Shown here: positions 62,982 to 64,000 of the stretch, in pieces
Position numbering within the stretch: the first letter of the stretch is position 1
Layout: every line of letters begins with the position of its first letter
DNA from: Diadema antillarum
Taxonomy: Eukaryota
Length of the DNA stretch: 64,000 nt
NCBI RefSeq assembly: GCF_040938485.1
Contig: NW_027272205.1
Location: 62,001 to 126,000 of the forward strand
Direction: 5' to 3'
Translations under genes and position numbers: made by a program
The notes under the pieces: model-generated
The model's database searches: none
Told to the model about the DNA's origin: nothing
What the model saw: the letters and a program-made list of their open reading frames with translations, nothing else

Positions 62982-64000
62982 AAATATACTCCAGCTGATA
63001 TGCACTGTATTGTGCAATAAATGAATATTCATAACAAATGTACAATGTACAAAGCTAACTCCATACAAAGCCTCTTGTATGAAAAATTTACAGCCAAACT
63101 GGCTTTACTGAGAAACGGAGTGGGTCTGCAGTGTGTTGTGTGTGTGTGTGTGCGTGTGTGTTGTAGCAACCTGGTATATGACTTCACCTGCAGTATTTAC
63201 ATGGTACTCGCATGGTAGCGATGAATGCTTGCATACAGAGATACACCGTGTATACAAGACACAGAGACCCAAACACACAGACATACACACATACATTATC
63301 ATTGCAGTTGTGAATATTGTCCAGTCCAGTGGAGGGTTGCATTTATCTAGGAGTATAACCCATCCCATGTGGAAATCTTCATACACATACACATATACAT
63401 ACACTGAGATTTCTGAGGTGGAGTTAAATCTTTATTACATAAACAATCCACAGAGATGCACTTCTGAGGCATGCAGTGCCAATGAAATAATAAAGAATTG
63501 AATTGAGACATACACTATTACATACCAGTATATCACAAGTGAAGTAAGTAGGCTTGTGAGTGCTCTATTCCAAACATAATGTGAAGGAGAACGAAACACA
63601 AAAATAAGAACAAAACACAAAAATAAGAACTTAATTAATAAGAGGGAAGTAAACTCAGAAAAGAAATATGAAAAGATATTACCAAGATCAATTCATCGGC
63701 CCTCTCCCCCATGAAAAAAAAAAAAAGATAATAATAAAAATGTATACAGTCTGTAGCTTTGAAACCATGAAAATCCATAGGGATGAAAGTCTTGCTATAC
63801 ATGAGTATTTATGTGCAGAACATGACTGGATTTGCAACAAAGAGAGTTAATAGACAAATATTTTAAGTACAGCAAATAAGGCAGTGAATGCTGCACAACC
63901 CTATTACGTTTTTTCTGTATGTCACTGAAATCATAACCAAACTGAAGAAAAGTGACACAAAATTGTTACATTCTGGGTGCACATTACGTGGAGGAGAAAT

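Overview
Eukaryotic, intron-containing, AT-rich animal DNA. The late-type H2A/H2B proteins and sea-urchin-style histone 3' elements point to an echinoderm, probably a sea urchin. Five intact protein-coding genes lie on the + strand: two tandem six-exon paralogues of a class I SAM-dependent small-molecule methyltransferase (7173-13348 and 17252-35551), a histone H2B (38929-39300), a histone H2A (43770-44150), and the eight-exon ETFA gene (50943-60761). The main structural feature is a nested transposon stack in intron 5 of the second methyltransferase. A 12.3 kb element (22195-34519; TAG...CTA ends, TAA target duplication, about 1.9 kb inverted arms built from about 170 bp tandem units) contains a 6.1 kb CACAC-TIR element (26521-32607, TA duplication). 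That inner element carries a BEL/Pao gag-like fragment with putative splice signals, a DINE-like fragment and a 76 bp Mutator-like hairpin. The rest of the window is rich in MITEs and other non-autonomous elements (Tc1/pogo-type, hAT, Kolobok-like, DINE/HINE), SINE/LINE fragments and microsatellites, and has two N gaps. I found no intact transposase, CRISPR array, rRNA or intact tRNA. All identifications come from reading the sequence and from recalled family knowledge; no database searches were run.
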